Assembly: GCA_044345405.1 (NCBI GenBank)
Contig: JBIJBE010000002.1
Span: 64,001 to 128,000, forward strand
Reading direction: 5' to 3'
Length of the DNA stretch: 64,000 nt
Origin: Bdellovibrionota bacterium
GTDB taxonomy: Bacteria; Bdellovibrionota_C; UBA2361; OMII01
The notes under the pieces were generated by a model, which was given only the letters and a program-made list of their open reading frames with translations, ran no database searches and was not told where the DNA came from. The first letter of the stretch is position 1. Each line of letters starts with the position of its first letter. This document shows, one piece after another, positions 41,629 to 52,276 of this stretch. The position numbers and the translations under genes were made by a program.

Positions 41629-42312
41629 ATGCGGGTCACTCTCACTTACTCTCTTGCGCTTATCGTTACCTTGGTATGGCAGACCTGTTTTTCATCACAT
41701 TCCGCGAGCGCCGATGAGCCACACACCCCAACGGCGCCGTTGACGTCGGAGTGCGCCCTAGGCGTCCCGTTGCGCGTGCCCATCACTGCCGAATTTGAGC
41801 GCCTCAAGAGCGAGACACCCTCTGTTTTATGCGTTTTTCGCCATAAAACGAGCGGTTTCCCAACCCTTAACATCGTTGAGGAGGTGGGGGTGGATGGCAG
41901 CAACCCTCCCAGCCTTGAGGAGTATCAGCAGGGCGTTGCGCAGGGATACCGAGCGGTAGGCTTGTCCGACGCCACCCTCTCGGATTCCATGGTCGGTGAG
42001 AGTCACGGACTCCCGTTCTTTACCACCGAGGTTACCTTTTCAAACAAGGGAACCCCGATGGTCGCGAGGATCCTCGTCGTGCAGTACCATGACATAACGT
42101 ATACGGCGAGCGCGATCGCGGAGGCTAAGCCTCTTGAGGCTGGGCGAGCAAGCATCGCCCCCCTCATCGAAGGGATAGAGGTGGACGGAAACCTCGTACA
42201 AAATACCCGCGGCACCGTGAACCCCTGGACCCTACTCGGAGCGACCCTGGCGGCTCTCCTCTTGGTGTACGTAGGATTTCGAAGTGCTCGGCCGCGCCTA
42301 GCCAGGAAGTAG
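41629..42312 (+). CDS. Hypothetical exported, membrane-anchored protein
   Basis: Signal peptide ending ASA and a C-terminal TM helix with basic tail. Confidence 0.65.
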   Translation: MRVTLTYSLALIVTLVWQTCFSSHSASADEPHTPTAPLTSECALGVPLRVPITAEFERLKSETPSVLCVFRHKTSGFPTLNIVEEVGVDGSNPPSLEEYQQGVAQGYRAVGLSDATLSDSMVGESHGLPFFTTEVTFSNKGTPMVARILVVQYHDITYTASAIAEAKPLEAGRASIAPLIEGIEVDGNLVQNTRGTVNPWTLLGATLAALLLVYVGFRSARPRLARK

Positions 42313-42314
42313 CT

Positions 42315-43256
42315 CTAAGCGTTCAGGGACCACGCCAGAACCGCCTTAGCCACATGGAGACGACTCTCGGCCTGGTCAAACACCACTGATTGCGGCCCAT
42401 CCATAACCTCATCCGTTACCTCCTCTCCGCGATGCGCGGGGAGACAGTGCATGAACTTCACATGAGCCGGAGCTTTCGCCATGAGTGCTCCATCGACCTG
42501 ATACCCAGCAAAGGCCGCGACGCGTTGAGCGTGCTCATGCTCCTGCCCCATCGAGACGAAGGTATCGGTGTACACGATATCGGCGTCAGCAACCGCCTCA
42601 ACGGGGCTCGTGATAAACTCAATAGACTGCCCTTTTGATACCCGCAGCGCGTTGGCGACCTTTTGCTGCTCCTCAGGAACTTCATACCCTCGGGGACTCG
42701 CCACAACCACGTGATGTCCCCGCATTGCGCATGCCTGGACCAGCGAGGTGGCCACGTTGTTACCATCCCCAACGTAAGCGACCTTAAGCTCCTTCGAGCC
42801 CCGTGGAGCCAATCGCTCCATCGTTAGCACATCAGCGATCGCCTGACACGGATGGTGCTGATCACACAAAGCGTTAAGGATCGGAACTCGAATGACCGAC
42901 CGAAGGGTTGAGATGGTGGCGTGATTGTATACACGAGCTACGATGATGTCGCAGAACCGCTCAAGGTTCCGACCGATGTCCGGGATCGACTCCCTCCCCG
43001 ACTGATTCGCCCCGCTGGCGAAGATCTGACCACTCGAAAGGAATACCGGATGACCGCCGAGCGACACCGTCGCAACCTCAAAGCTCACCTTGGTGCGCAG
43101 CGATGGCTTCTCAAACACAAGGGCAACGAAGCGACCAGTGAGGGGCTTATCTCCCGGATCGCCGTTTACCCGCTCCACGCGATACCGCTCAGCCAAGTCG
43201 ACGATAGCGTTAAGGTTATCAACTGAGAGGTCGGCGATCTTGGTTAGGCTTCTCAT
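42315..43256 (-). CDS. argF: Ornithine carbamoyltransferase
   Basis: FEKPSLRT, HPCQ, GDGNNV, YTDTFVSMG, FMHCLPAHRG. Confidence 0.93.
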   Translation of the reverse strand: MRSLTKIADLSVDNLNAIVDLAERYRVERVNGDPGDKPLTGRFVALVFEKPSLRTKVSFEVATVSLGGHPVFLSSGQIFASGANQSGRESIPDIGRNLERFCDIIVARVYNHATISTLRSVIRVPILNALCDQHHPCQAIADVLTMERLAPRGSKELKVAYVGDGNNVATSLVQACAMRGHHVVVASPRGYEVPEEQQKVANALRVSKGQSIEFITSPVEAVADADIVYTDTFVSMGQEHEHAQRVAAFAGYQVDGALMAKAPAHVKFMHCLPAHRGEEVTDEVMDGPQSVVFDQAESRLHVAKAVLAWSLNA

Positions 43257-43358
43257 AGTCCTCCGGGAAACGGGCCAGACACCACGATACCTGTAAAAGA
43301 TTGGGTGACAATGGAATTTTTAGTGAGGATTCAGAAAGGAGACAGCGCCCCCTGCCCC

Positions 43359-43453
43359 CGGAGGGCGCTCATTCCTGAGCGCCACTTCACTGCGTTCGGC
43401 AAAGTTCGCTTGCGACCTGCGGTATTCCGGCGACCAGGAATGGTCGCCCTCCC
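43359..43453. repeat. REP doublet copy 6
   Basis: cggagggcgctcattcctgagcgcc ... cggcgaccaggaatggtcgccctccc. Confidence 0.85.
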
Positions 43454-43481
43454 GAGGCGCGAGTTTGGGGGAATGCGGCAC

Positions 43482-44183
43482 CTAAGCCGCCACCGACCTA
43501 AGAAACGGCTCTAATCCAGTAGCTCCGCCAACAAATCCGGTCAGCGTCTCAACAGCCCGCTCAGGATGCGGCATGAGGCCAACCACATTCCCCTCTTTGT
43601 TGCACACGCCAGCGATAGCGTTGCACGAGCCGTTCACGTTCGACGAGCGGTCAGCTGCGGCGACAACGCCCGCGGCATCGCTGTACCGGAACACCACCTG
43701 CCCATTCGCCTCAAGTTCAGCGAGGGTAGCCGGATCCGCGTAGTAGTTCCCCTGAAAATGAGCGATCGGGCAGGTAATCACCTTCCCCGCTTCCATCCCA
43801 CTCGTAAAGAACCCTACCGACTTTTCGGTTTTGATATGAACGAACCGTGAGAGGAACCGCTGCCCAACGTTCTCAAGGAGCGCCCCCGGAAGGAGCCCAG
43901 ACTCGCACAGGATCTGAAACCCGTTACAGATACCAAGTACCTTTCCACCACGACCAGCGAACTCCTTCACCGCCTGCATCACCGGCGAGAGCTTTGCGAG
44001 CGCTCCGGTGCGAAGGTAATCCCCGTACGAAAACCCACCGGGCAGCACCACGAGGTCAGCCTTCTGCAGATCGGTATCCCGATGCCACACCGGAAACGCC
44101 TCGGCGTTAAGAAGCTTACCGAAGACGTGCACCACGTCCTGGTCACAATTCGTACCTGGGAAGACGACGACAGCGACTCGCAC
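43482..44183 (-). CDS. purQ: FGAM synthase glutaminase subunit
   Basis: FPGTNCD, PGGFSYGDYLR, GICNGFQIL, MPHPERA. Confidence 0.97.
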   Translation of the reverse strand: MRVAVVVFPGTNCDQDVVHVFGKLLNAEAFPVWHRDTDLQKADLVVLPGGFSYGDYLRTGALAKLSPVMQAVKEFAGRGGKVLGICNGFQILCESGLLPGALLENVGQRFLSRFVHIKTEKSVGFFTSGMEAGKVITCPIAHFQGNYYADPATLAELEANGQVVFRYSDAAGVVAAADRSSNVNGSCNAIAGVCNKEGNVVGLMPHPERAVETLTGFVGGATGLEPFLRSVAA

Positions 44184-44422
44184 TAGGCCTCCTTGATTTC
44201 GTACTGCTCGATAACTGGGTTAGCGAGGAGGAGCTTACATACCTCTTCAACTTGGGCGCGAGCCTCAGTCGCTGAAACCCCATCAACATCGAGCTCGATC
44301 ACACGACCGACCCGAATGTTTTTGAAGGCGTTAAATTTCTTGTCTTTGAGTCCGGTCTCTATCGCCTTCCCCTGAACATCGAGAACGCCACCTTTGAGTC
44401 GAACGAGCACCTGAAATCGCAT
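44183..44422 (-). CDS. purS: FGAM synthase PurS subunit
   Basis: LKGGVLDVQG, LLANPVIE; lies between purB and purQ. Confidence 0.94.
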   Translation of the reverse strand: MRFQVLVRLKGGVLDVQGKAIETGLKDKKFNAFKNIRVGRVIELDVDGVSATEARAQVEEVCKLLLANPVIEQYEIKEA

Positions 44423-44443
44423 AGCACCATCTCCCTTCGTATC

Positions 44444-45736
44444 TTACACCAACGCCCTGTCGACGATCCTATCAACTTCCTTCAGATGTCGCGCCAAACT
44501 GAACACCTCGCCGATCTCTCCCTTGGTCATTACCTTGGACACAGCCGGATCCGCGATAACCCGCTCCTGAAGTGGAGCGCCACCATCAAAGGCCGCAAGC
44601 GCGTGTTGCTGCACGAGCTTGTAGGCGTCCTCTCGGCTCATCCCCTTATCAACGAGCGCAAGCAACAGATGCCCAGAGAACACCGTGCCCCGTGTGAGCT
44701 CAAGGTTCTCCATCATCTTCTCAGGGAACACCACGAGGTTCTTTACAACACCCGTGAATCGCCGAAGCATGAAATCAAGCGCGATCGTCGCGTCTGGAAC
44801 AGCAACACGCTCTACCGACGAGTGGCTAATATCACGCTCATGCCACAGAGCTACGTTCTCAAAGCACGCCTGCGCGTAGGAACGAACGAGACGCGCGAGA
44901 CCACACAGGTTCTCGGTCAAAATCGGATTACGCTTATGCGGCATCGCGGACGACCCCTTCTGTCCCGGAGTGAACCCCTCCATCGCCTCACGCACCTCGG
45001 TGCGTTGCAGGTGTCGAATCTCAACCGAGAAGCGCTCAATAGAGCCAGCGATACCAGCGAGGCACGCCATGTAGTTCGCGTGACGATCGCGAGAGACAAC
45101 TTGGGTTGCAACCGTCTCACCGGCAAGCTCAAGCTTCTCCATCACGAGCGCCTCAACACTCGGGTCGATCCCAGCGTAGGTACCGACCGCTCCAGAGAGC
45201 TTTCCAACCGAGATATCCTCGATTGCGAGATCAAGTCGCTTGAGGTGACGCTTCATCTCAGCGTACCACCCGGCGAGCTTAATGCCGAAGGTGGTCGGCT
45301 CAGCGTGAATACCGTGCGAGCGACCGATCGTTGGAACGTGCGCAAACTCACGGGCTCGCTCCTTGAGCGTTCCCATCAATCCCTCTACATCCTTTTTGAT
45401 GAGCAGACCTGCTCGTCGCATCTGCACCGCAAGGCAGGTATCAACGACATCACTCGAGGTCATTCCCCGATGCACGTATCGTGAGAGCGGCCCAACGTAC
45501 TCAGCCACGTTCGTCAGGAACGCGATCACGTCGTGCTTAACCTCCTTCTCGATCTCGAGCACTCGCTCGGATGAGAACTTCGCTTTCTCGTTGTATGCCT
45601 GAAGCGCCTCAGCCGGAGCCTTGCCGACCTTTACGAGACCTTCTAACGCGTAACGCTCGATATCGAGCCAGATCTGATAGCGGGCATCATCTGTCCAAAG
45701 CGCCGCCATCTCGGGGTGGGTGTAACGTTCAATCAT
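44444..45736 (-). CDS. purB: Adenylosuccinate lyase
   Basis: MIERY, KHDVIAF, TSSDV, GRSHGIHAEPTTFG, GSSAMPHKRNP. Confidence 0.97.
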   Translation of the reverse strand: MIERYTHPEMAALWTDDARYQIWLDIERYALEGLVKVGKAPAEALQAYNEKAKFSSERVLEIEKEVKHDVIAFLTNVAEYVGPLSRYVHRGMTSSDVVDTCLAVQMRRAGLLIKKDVEGLMGTLKERAREFAHVPTIGRSHGIHAEPTTFGIKLAGWYAEMKRHLKRLDLAIEDISVGKLSGAVGTYAGIDPSVEALVMEKLELAGETVATQVVSRDRHANYMACLAGIAGSIERFSVEIRHLQRTEVREAMEGFTPGQKGSSAMPHKRNPILTENLCGLARLVRSYAQACFENVALWHERDISHSSVERVAVPDATIALDFMLRRFTGVVKNLVVFPEKMMENLELTRGTVFSGHLLLALVDKGMSREDAYKLVQQHALAAFDGGAPLQERVIADPAVSKVMTKGEIGEVFSLARHLKEVDRIVDRALV

Positions 45737-46539
45737 GCTGCGATAATTACCCTGCCTTGGTGTGGTTCATCAAGGCAAAGGCTCGGTAAACTCTCGTAAA
45801 CATTTCCGCACAGAAGGGTTCTTAAGCCCTGGCTCCGGTCGGTACACCGTTCCAGATAGCGGCGCATGCACTCAAGCGCGAGGGTCGGGGTGTTACTGTT
45901 CTCACTTAAGTGCCCCAAAACGATGTGGAAGAGCTCGGGATGCATAATATCCTCGATGAGCTGTCCGGCGGCCTCGTTGCACAGATGCCCGTGGGTCGAG
46001 GAGATCCGCTGCTTGAGCTCCCAGGTGTAGCTACACCCTTGAAGCATCTCCTGGTCGTGATTCGATTCGATGATAATCGCGTTTGAACCGCGAACGTGCT
46101 CCTGAACGAGGGTCGTAACACGCCCGAGATCGGTAACAACCGAGAGCTTCAGCCCCTCGGCTCGCAGCCCGAACCCAACGGGATCGACAGCGTCATGCGC
46201 GATGCTAAAGGGGGTGATATCAACTCCACCAATAGAGAAATCCTCTCCGGTTGTGAACACCTCCCGCCGCTTCGGCTTGGAGATGTACTCCATCGTGCCC
46301 TCATTCGCGTACACCGTCATACCGTACCGACGGCTCAAAGTGGGCACCCCATGAATGTGGTCGGAGTGTTCGTGCGTTACCAAGATCGAAGTGATCGTGG
46401 CAGGGTCGATACCGTGCTCGACAAGGCGCTCCTCGACTTTCTTTCCGGAGAGACCGCAGTCGATAAGGATCCGCTGTCCCGCCGCTTCGACGAAGGTACT
46501 GTTTGCTTTGCTGCCTGAGGAGAGAGAGATGAACCGCAC
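45733..46539 (-). CDS. MBL-fold metallo-hydrolase (YycJ/WalJ-like)
   Basis: SGSKAN, THEHSDH, HDAVDP, TDLG, ESNHD, GHLSENSN. Confidence 0.92.
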   Translation of the reverse strand: MRFISLSSGSKANSTFVEAAGQRILIDCGLSGKKVEERLVEHGIDPATITSILVTHEHSDHIHGVPTLSRRYGMTVYANEGTMEYISKPKRREVFTTGEDFSIGGVDITPFSIAHDAVDPVGFGLRAEGLKLSVVTDLGRVTTLVQEHVRGSNAIIIESNHDQEMLQGCSYTWELKQRISSTHGHLCNEAAGQLIEDIMHPELFHIVLGHLSENSNTPTLALECMRRYLERCTDRSQGLRTLLCGNVYESLPSLCLDEPHQGRVIIAA

Positions 46540-46582
46540 CCCTGGACTAAACCAAATTCAACTCAGGTAAACAAGGTTGTAG

Positions 46583-47716
46583 TTACCAAAAACGCTCCGA
46601 TAGACTTAAGATAATCTCACCCATAATCAGAACGATAATAACCCATTCAAGGGTCTCCGAACGCCGCTGGGCTGATTGATCCGAGAGCTTCTGGTAGATG
46701 CTGTCAAGCGTGTCGAGCTTACGACGGATGCTCGAGTGCCACTCAGGAAGATGGAATCGGCTTGAGGCGAGCGAATACACCCGGGCTAGATATTGGTCAC
46801 CCAAGAGCTTGAGCGCGTTCTCAACCGCCTCGTACAGGATAGCTGAGTCGACCTGCAGCCGAGCGACCTTGCGAAGGTCCGCCTCGCCCTTTTTACCTTT
46901 CGTCAACACATCATAAGCTCGTTCAAGGTACGCATCGAGCTGTTCATCAAGGAAGCGCATCTCAAGAAGCTCAACGTTACAGAAATCGAGCACCGCGACG
47001 ACGTCCTCAACGTTTGAGCCGAAGAAGAGCGAGCTGTTCCAGTCCATCACGGCGATATCAGAGTTACCGTATGAGGTCCGGATGCCGAGTGCGTCACGGA
47101 CCTCCTCGTCTCCAAGGTCTCCGCTCTCCGCGCGAAGAAGGCGCGCGAACTCAACCGGGAACGCGTCGAGGATGTCCTTCGCCTTAAGATCTCCCTCGAA
47201 TTCCTCGAAATGGAACACCGCGAAATCCTCGAACGTATCGCCGAGGCCCGGTCTCTGAATCGCATCCCTCGCCTGATCGACGAATTGCCGCACACGCTCG
47301 CGAGCGTCGGCCAGGAGAGCGGCGTTGTCGCAGAGAACCTCGCTCAATTCGATCAGGTGGCTGACCGGGCCGGATATATCGACAGCATAGGTAACAGAGC
47401 ACGCTCCGAAATCGAACACCGTGAGTTCAGCCTGGGGCTTGGTGAAGAACTTGGCGACGTTCAACTGCTGACACCCCTGGGAGATTCGTAGAGGGGGCGG
47501 ATCGTAATCGAAATACTTAGGGGACCGACGATTACGTCGGAACCGGGTTCTCTCGACCCCACCCTCTTTAATGCTCTCCGCGGCCTTATCAAGGTTGACG
47601 GACATTCCCAATTCGAACGCGAACATGACGTAGCACGTGCCCCGCTTTAGGTGAGGCACAAGCGGTCGAATGACCGTGCGAATCGGGGGCACGTCACGAG
47701 ATTCTTTGGTACTCAC
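46583..47716 (-). CDS. Hypothetical membrane protein (RMD1/DUF155-like C-terminus)
   Basis: C-terminal SETLEWVIIVLIMGEI TM segment after a helical region. Confidence 0.7.
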   Translation of the reverse strand: MSTKESRDVPPIRTVIRPLVPHLKRGTCYVMFAFELGMSVNLDKAAESIKEGGVERTRFRRNRRSPKYFDYDPPPLRISQGCQQLNVAKFFTKPQAELTVFDFGACSVTYAVDISGPVSHLIELSEVLCDNAALLADARERVRQFVDQARDAIQRPGLGDTFEDFAVFHFEEFEGDLKAKDILDAFPVEFARLLRAESGDLGDEEVRDALGIRTSYGNSDIAVMDWNSSLFFGSNVEDVVAVLDFCNVELLEMRFLDEQLDAYLERAYDVLTKGKKGEADLRKVARLQVDSAILYEAVENALKLLGDQYLARVYSLASSRFHLPEWHSSIRRKLDTLDSIYQKLSDQSAQRRSETLEWVIIVLIMGEIILSLSERFW

Positions 47717-47908
47717 AAAACTCTCCTAGTTTTCCGTATGATTTCGGCTCATTTGATAGCTTTTTACAACGCCGAACAGTCCCCCAAGTATACCCAAAAA
47801 CACCCCCTCAAGCGAACCTGAAACTAGCTAAGTGAGGGTTATCTTTTACATTGATTCTAAGTATTTAGCCGATTGACGGCCGATACGGTGTTCTCTAATC
47901 TGCTAACT

Positions 47909-49513
47909 ATGCAGATAGGCTCTCGACCCCCTGTAACCCCCTCCTTTGAGGCCAACACCAAGGCCTTCGAAGAGCATCTTCAACGGTTGATCACTGAGCG
48001 AACAAGCTCCCGCCCACTTCCGACCGATCCGGCCTATAAGAAACACTGCGACCGTGGAAAGCTCTTCGTGCGTCAACGGATCGAAGCGCTCATTGATCCG
48101 GGCACAACCTTCCTCGAGGTAGCTCAGCTCGCCGGCGCCGGCCTCTACGATGGCGTGCGACCGGGCTCAGGGATGATTACCGGTATTGGCATCGTTGAAG
48201 GCACACCCTGCATGATCATCGCCAACGACGCCACGGTGAAGGGGGGCACCTACTTCCCGATGACGGTTAAGAAACACCTCAGGGCGCAAGAGATAGCGCT
48301 CGAGAACAAACTCCCCTGTATCTACCTCGTCGACTCCGGAGGGGCCTTCCTTCCCCTCCAGGACCAGGTATTCCCCGACCGAGAGCACTTTGGCCGCCTC
48401 TTCTTCAATCAGGCACAGATGAGCGCTCGAGGGATTCCACAGATTGCGGTGGTCATGGGTTCCTGCACCGCCGGAGGTGCCTACGTCCCCGCGATGAGCG
48501 ATGAAGCGATCATCGTTCGCAACCAAGGGATGATCTTCCTCGGAGGCCCACCCCTTGTGAAGGCCGCGACCGGACAGGAGGTCACCGCCGAGGAACTTGG
48601 CGGAGGAGATGTCCACTCCCGCATCAGCGGCGTTACCGATCACCTCGCTGAGTCTGACGCTGAGGCGCTCCTCATGGCGAGAAAGAGTGTCGCGACCCTT
48701 GCGAACATCACGCCGAAGCGACTTACGAGATCCACACCACTCCCTCCGCGCTTCGACGCCAACGAGATCCCCGGCCTCATACCGGCAGATCCGAAGCAGT
48801 ACTTCCCAATCCGCGAGATCATCGCCCGCATCATCGATGATAGCGAGCTCGATGAGTTCAAGGCGAACTACGGCGAGACGATCATCTGCGGCTTCGCTCG
48901 GATCGATGGGTACACCGTTGGCGTTATCGCGAACGACGGGATCCTCTTCTCAGAGAGCGCACTCAAAGCGGCCCACTTCATCCAGCTGTGCGAGCAGCGC
49001 CGCGTTCCCCTCGTATTCTTCCAGAACATCGTCGGCTTCATGGTCGGGAAGGAGTACGAGCACAAAGGGATCGCAAAAGACGGAGCAAAGCTCGTCACCG
49101 CGGTCGCCTGCGCATCCGTTCCAAAGTACACCGTAATAGTCGGCAACTCGTACGGCGCCGGCAACTACGCCATGTGCGGACGGGCATACCAACCACGTTT
49201 CCTCTGGAGCTGGCCACAATCGCGCATCGGCGTTATGGGGCCAGACCAAGCGGCAGGCGTTCTTACACAGGTAAAACGTGACAGCGCAGCAGGTCGTGGA
49301 GAGACCGTCGATGAAGCGGCGCTCGCGGCCTATCACGAAAAGATAAAGGCGAACTACCAAGAGCAAACGACTGCGCTCTTTGCGACCGCTCGCCTCTGGG
49401 ATGACGGTATCATCACACCGAACGAGACACGCAGTGCCCTTTCGCTCGCGCTTTCCCTTGCGGATCTCGACACCCCGCAAGAGCACCGCGTATTCGGCAC
49501 CTTTAGGATGTAG
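47909..49513 (+). CDS. mccB: Methylcrotonyl-CoA-type carboxylase beta (carboxyltransferase) subunit
   Basis: [66 protein letters not shown]. Confidence 0.92.
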   Translation: MQIGSRPPVTPSFEANTKAFEEHLQRLITERTSSRPLPTDPAYKKHCDRGKLFVRQRIEALIDPGTTFLEVAQLAGAGLYDGVRPGSGMITGIGIVEGTPCMIIANDATVKGGTYFPMTVKKHLRAQEIALENKLPCIYLVDSGGAFLPLQDQVFPDREHFGRLFFNQAQMSARGIPQIAVVMGSCTAGGAYVPAMSDEAIIVRNQGMIFLGGPPLVKAATGQEVTAEELGGGDVHSRISGVTDHLAESDAEALLMARKSVATLANITPKRLTRSTPLPPRFDANEIPGLIPADPKQYFPIREIIARIIDDSELDEFKANYGETIICGFARIDGYTVGVIANDGILFSESALKAAHFIQLCEQRRVPLVFFQNIVGFMVGKEYEHKGIAKDGAKLVTAVACASVPKYTVIVGNSYGAGNYAMCGRAYQPRFLWSWPQSRIGVMGPDQAAGVLTQVKRDSAAGRGETVDEAALAAYHEKIKANYQEQTTALFATARLWDDGIITPNETRSALSLALSLADLDTPQEHRVFGTFRM

Positions 49514-49523
49514 GTAACGCCTC

Positions 49524-51542
49524 ATGGCTGATACGCGGGCAATCACTAGGGTCCTGATCGCAAATCGCGGCGAGATCGCGCGAAGGATCGTTCGCACCTG
49601 CACTCGTCTTGGAATCGAGACCGTCGCGGTGTACACCGATGTCGACGCTCATGCGCCGCATGTTCGTGAAGCGACCTTTTCTGAAGCTCTCGGCACACCA
49701 GAGTCATACCTCTCGATTGAGAAGATCCTCGAAGCAGCGAAGCGCTCCAAGGCCGATAGCGTCCACCCCGGTTACGGCTTCCTCTCCGAGAACCCCGACT
49801 TCGCCGCCGCCGTGCGAGACACCGGACTCACCTGGATCGGCCCTACAAGCGAAACAATCCGGAAGCTCGGAAGCAAGACCGCGGCGAAAGAGTTGGCTCG
49901 CCAGGCAAACGCCCCAACATCTCCAACACTCATTCTCCCCCCTGGCTCCACCGCCGACCGCGCGAGCGCCATAGCGAAATTCGGCGAGTCCGTTGGGTTC
50001 CCACTAATCTTAAAAGCGGCAGCGGGAGGTGGAGGTCGCGGCATGCGCTTCATCAATCCCGAGAGCGACATCGCCATGGAGCTCGACAGCGCGCAGCGAG
50101 AATCGCTCAAAGCGTTCGGAAGCGATGAGGTCTTCGTTGAGAAGTGCATCACCCCCGCTCGGCACATCGAGGTGCAGATCGTAGGTGACACACACGGGAA
50201 CGTGGTGGCACTGGGGACTCGCGATTGCTCGCTGCAACGAAGTAATCAAAAGATCATCGAGGAGGCACCGGCCGTACATCTCGCACCGGGAAGCGAAGCG
50301 AAACTCCTTGAGGCGGCGACGAACCTCGCTCGCGCGGCCGGATACACAAGCCTCGGCACCGTTGAGTTCCTCTACGGGCAAGATGGGTCACCCTATTTTC
50401 TTGAGGTAAACACACGACTTCAGGTTGAGCATCCCGTCACAGAACTCGTCACTGGGCTCGACCTCGTGGAGCTTCAGCTCCGCATCGCAGCCGGCGAGAC
50501 CCTCGCGGCGTGCGGCGTCACCCACACACCGGAACCACAGGGGCACGCCATCGAGGCGCGATGGTGCGCTGAGGAGTTCACCGACCGATTCACCACAGCG
50601 ACCGGCATCGTGCTCGATATCGAGGTACCGCAGCCAGCGGCCCGCGGCACGATGGTGCGTGTCGATAGGGGCGTTGAGCCGTGCTCGGAGGTTACCCACT
50701 ACTACGATTCACTCATCGGGAAAGTTATTGTCTACGCCCCCTCACGAGATCGCGCGATTGAGGCGCTCGATGACGTGCTCTCACGTTCCCGACTCAGTGG
50801 CGTTCGAAACAATCGCAACCTCCTCTTGCATCTCCTTCGAACGCCAGAGTTTAAGGCGCTTCAGCACACCGTACAGGGAACGAAGCTCCTGCTCCCTTCA
50901 AGTGAGCAAAACTCAGCGATCGTTCGTGAGGCGCACGTTATCGCGGCGGCGGTTCGATGCGCGACACCAAACTCCGCGTGGGCGTCGCAGGGACCATGGT
51001 CCTCGACGACAGCGCCCGATGCACACATCTCCTATCCATGGACAACGAGCGAGCACGGGAACGCTCTCTCAAGCACAACGAGACAAGACGGAAATTCATT
51101 CGTCGTGTCGGTAGACGGGCATTCCGAAACCATTACTTTCACGGAAGGGCCATTCCTGAACGGACTCGGCACCACAGCGACCCTTTCTCTCAACGGAGGA
51201 GCACCAAGCTCCGTATCGCTCTACCGCGACGGAAATGACCTCTGGGTTCATTCGAACCGAGGAACGGTCGTGCTCCACCAACCAGCGATCGGCGAACGCT
51301 CAGGCGGTGCCGGTAGTAGCTCAGCAAACGAGATCCGCTCAACGATCCCCGGTAAGGTCGCCGCGGTTCTCGTCAAAGAGGGAGATACCGTCGAGCAAGG
51401 AGCTACCCTGCTCGTGCTTGACTCTATGAAGATGGAGCATCCGATTCGCGCGACGATGAATGGAAAGGTGGCAAGCTTGCCGCTGCAGGTCGGCACGATC
51501 GTACACGCGGGAGCCCTGCTCGTGTCGCTAGAACCACATTAA
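49524..51542 (+). CDS. mccA: Methylcrotonyl-CoA-type carboxylase alpha subunit (biotin carboxylase plus biotinyl domain)
   Basis: IANRGEIA, HPGYGFLSEN, GGGGRGMR, EVNTRLQVEHPVTE, biotin motif DSMKME. Confidence 0.9.
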   Translation: MADTRAITRVLIANRGEIARRIVRTCTRLGIETVAVYTDVDAHAPHVREATFSEALGTPESYLSIEKILEAAKRSKADSVHPGYGFLSENPDFAAAVRDTGLTWIGPTSETIRKLGSKTAAKELARQANAPTSPTLILPPGSTADRASAIAKFGESVGFPLILKAAAGGGGRGMRFINPESDIAMELDSAQRESLKAFGSDEVFVEKCITPARHIEVQIVGDTHGNVVALGTRDCSLQRSNQKIIEEAPAVHLAPGSEAKLLEAATNLARAAGYTSLGTVEFLYGQDGSPYFLEVNTRLQVEHPVTELVTGLDLVELQLRIAAGETLAACGVTHTPEPQGHAIEARWCAEEFTDRFTTATGIVLDIEVPQPAARGTMVRVDRGVEPCSEVTHYYDSLIGKVIVYAPSRDRAIEALDDVLSRSRLSGVRNNRNLLLHLLRTPEFKALQHTVQGTKLLLPSSEQNSAIVREAHVIAAAVRCATPNSAWASQGPWSSTTAPDAHISYPWTTSEHGNALSSTTRQDGNSFVVSVDGHSETITFTEGPFLNGLGTTATLSLNGGAPSSVSLYRDGNDLWVHSNRGTVVLHQPAIGERSGGAGSSSANEIRSTIPGKVAAVLVKEGDTVEQGATLLVLDSMKMEHPIRATMNGKVASLPLQVGTIVHAGALLVSLEPH

Positions 51543-51563
51543 ACAACCTATGAATTGATAATT

Positions 51564-52209
51564 ATGAAGCTCGGAACAATCAGCATTGTACTCGTGCTCC
51601 CGGCTCTACTTGGTGCGCTTGCGTGGCATTCTTATGTTCTATTTCTCTATCGGGTTGCCTATCGGTTGGCTTGGGTTGAAGAGAATCTTATCCTCTCGGG
51701 AATCCTCGGTTGTACCTATCTCTTCCTAGGCCTCTGCGCCCTTGCACTCACGAGCTATTACGCGGTCCGCACAGCATCTAAGTGGCTAATCGTGAAGATG
51801 GGGCTGTCAGCACTACTCACACTATGCTCGGTCGCATCGTTTTTTGTAGGCGCGTACCTTGGCGAGCTCTGGGCCGTTACTGGCGCCAAATCATATTTGG
51901 ACGGCGTTGTTCGCTCCGCTAATGACTATCTGCAAAAAAAATGGGGAATATCCCGAGTCCTTAGATAAGCTCGACCTCCCTGCGATGCCGCGCTTAATAA
52001 TGGAATCAGCAGACAGCAACAAAAAGCAAGAGCACAAGTCTTTCACTGTGCCGTACCAACGAATTGATGGTCGATCAATCATAGTGGGCTTCGAATACAG
52101 GAAGGGTTTCAGCAACGACGACTGCGCAAGTTATAAATGGACCACAAATAACCCGAGGTGGGTGTGCACATGCCACGGCTGTCTTACCGACAATCCGAAT
52201 CGACGATAA
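51564..52209 (+). pseudogene. Membrane protein gene split by a frameshift in an A8 run (or a sequencing indel)
   Basis: Removing one A from 51934-51941 joins ORFs 51564-51968 and 51859-52209 into ...ANDYLQKNGEYPESLDKL... Confidence 0.65.
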
Positions 52210-52276
52210 GCTCTCTGGCAATAACCCCATCCCGGGATCTGGATTCAGGTTGCCTCGATAAACCGCGGCAAGGCGA

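Noticed and set aside
18806-43453. CRISPR array from the recurring ~25-bp repeat
   Set aside because: Copies are inverted pairs scattered over 25 kb rather than direct repeats with regular spacers; no cas genes
44486-45484. Long antisense ORFs (this one opposite purB; others opposite metH, acs and mccB)
   Set aside because: Shadow frames of well-supported genes in GC-rich DNA, with no motifs of their own
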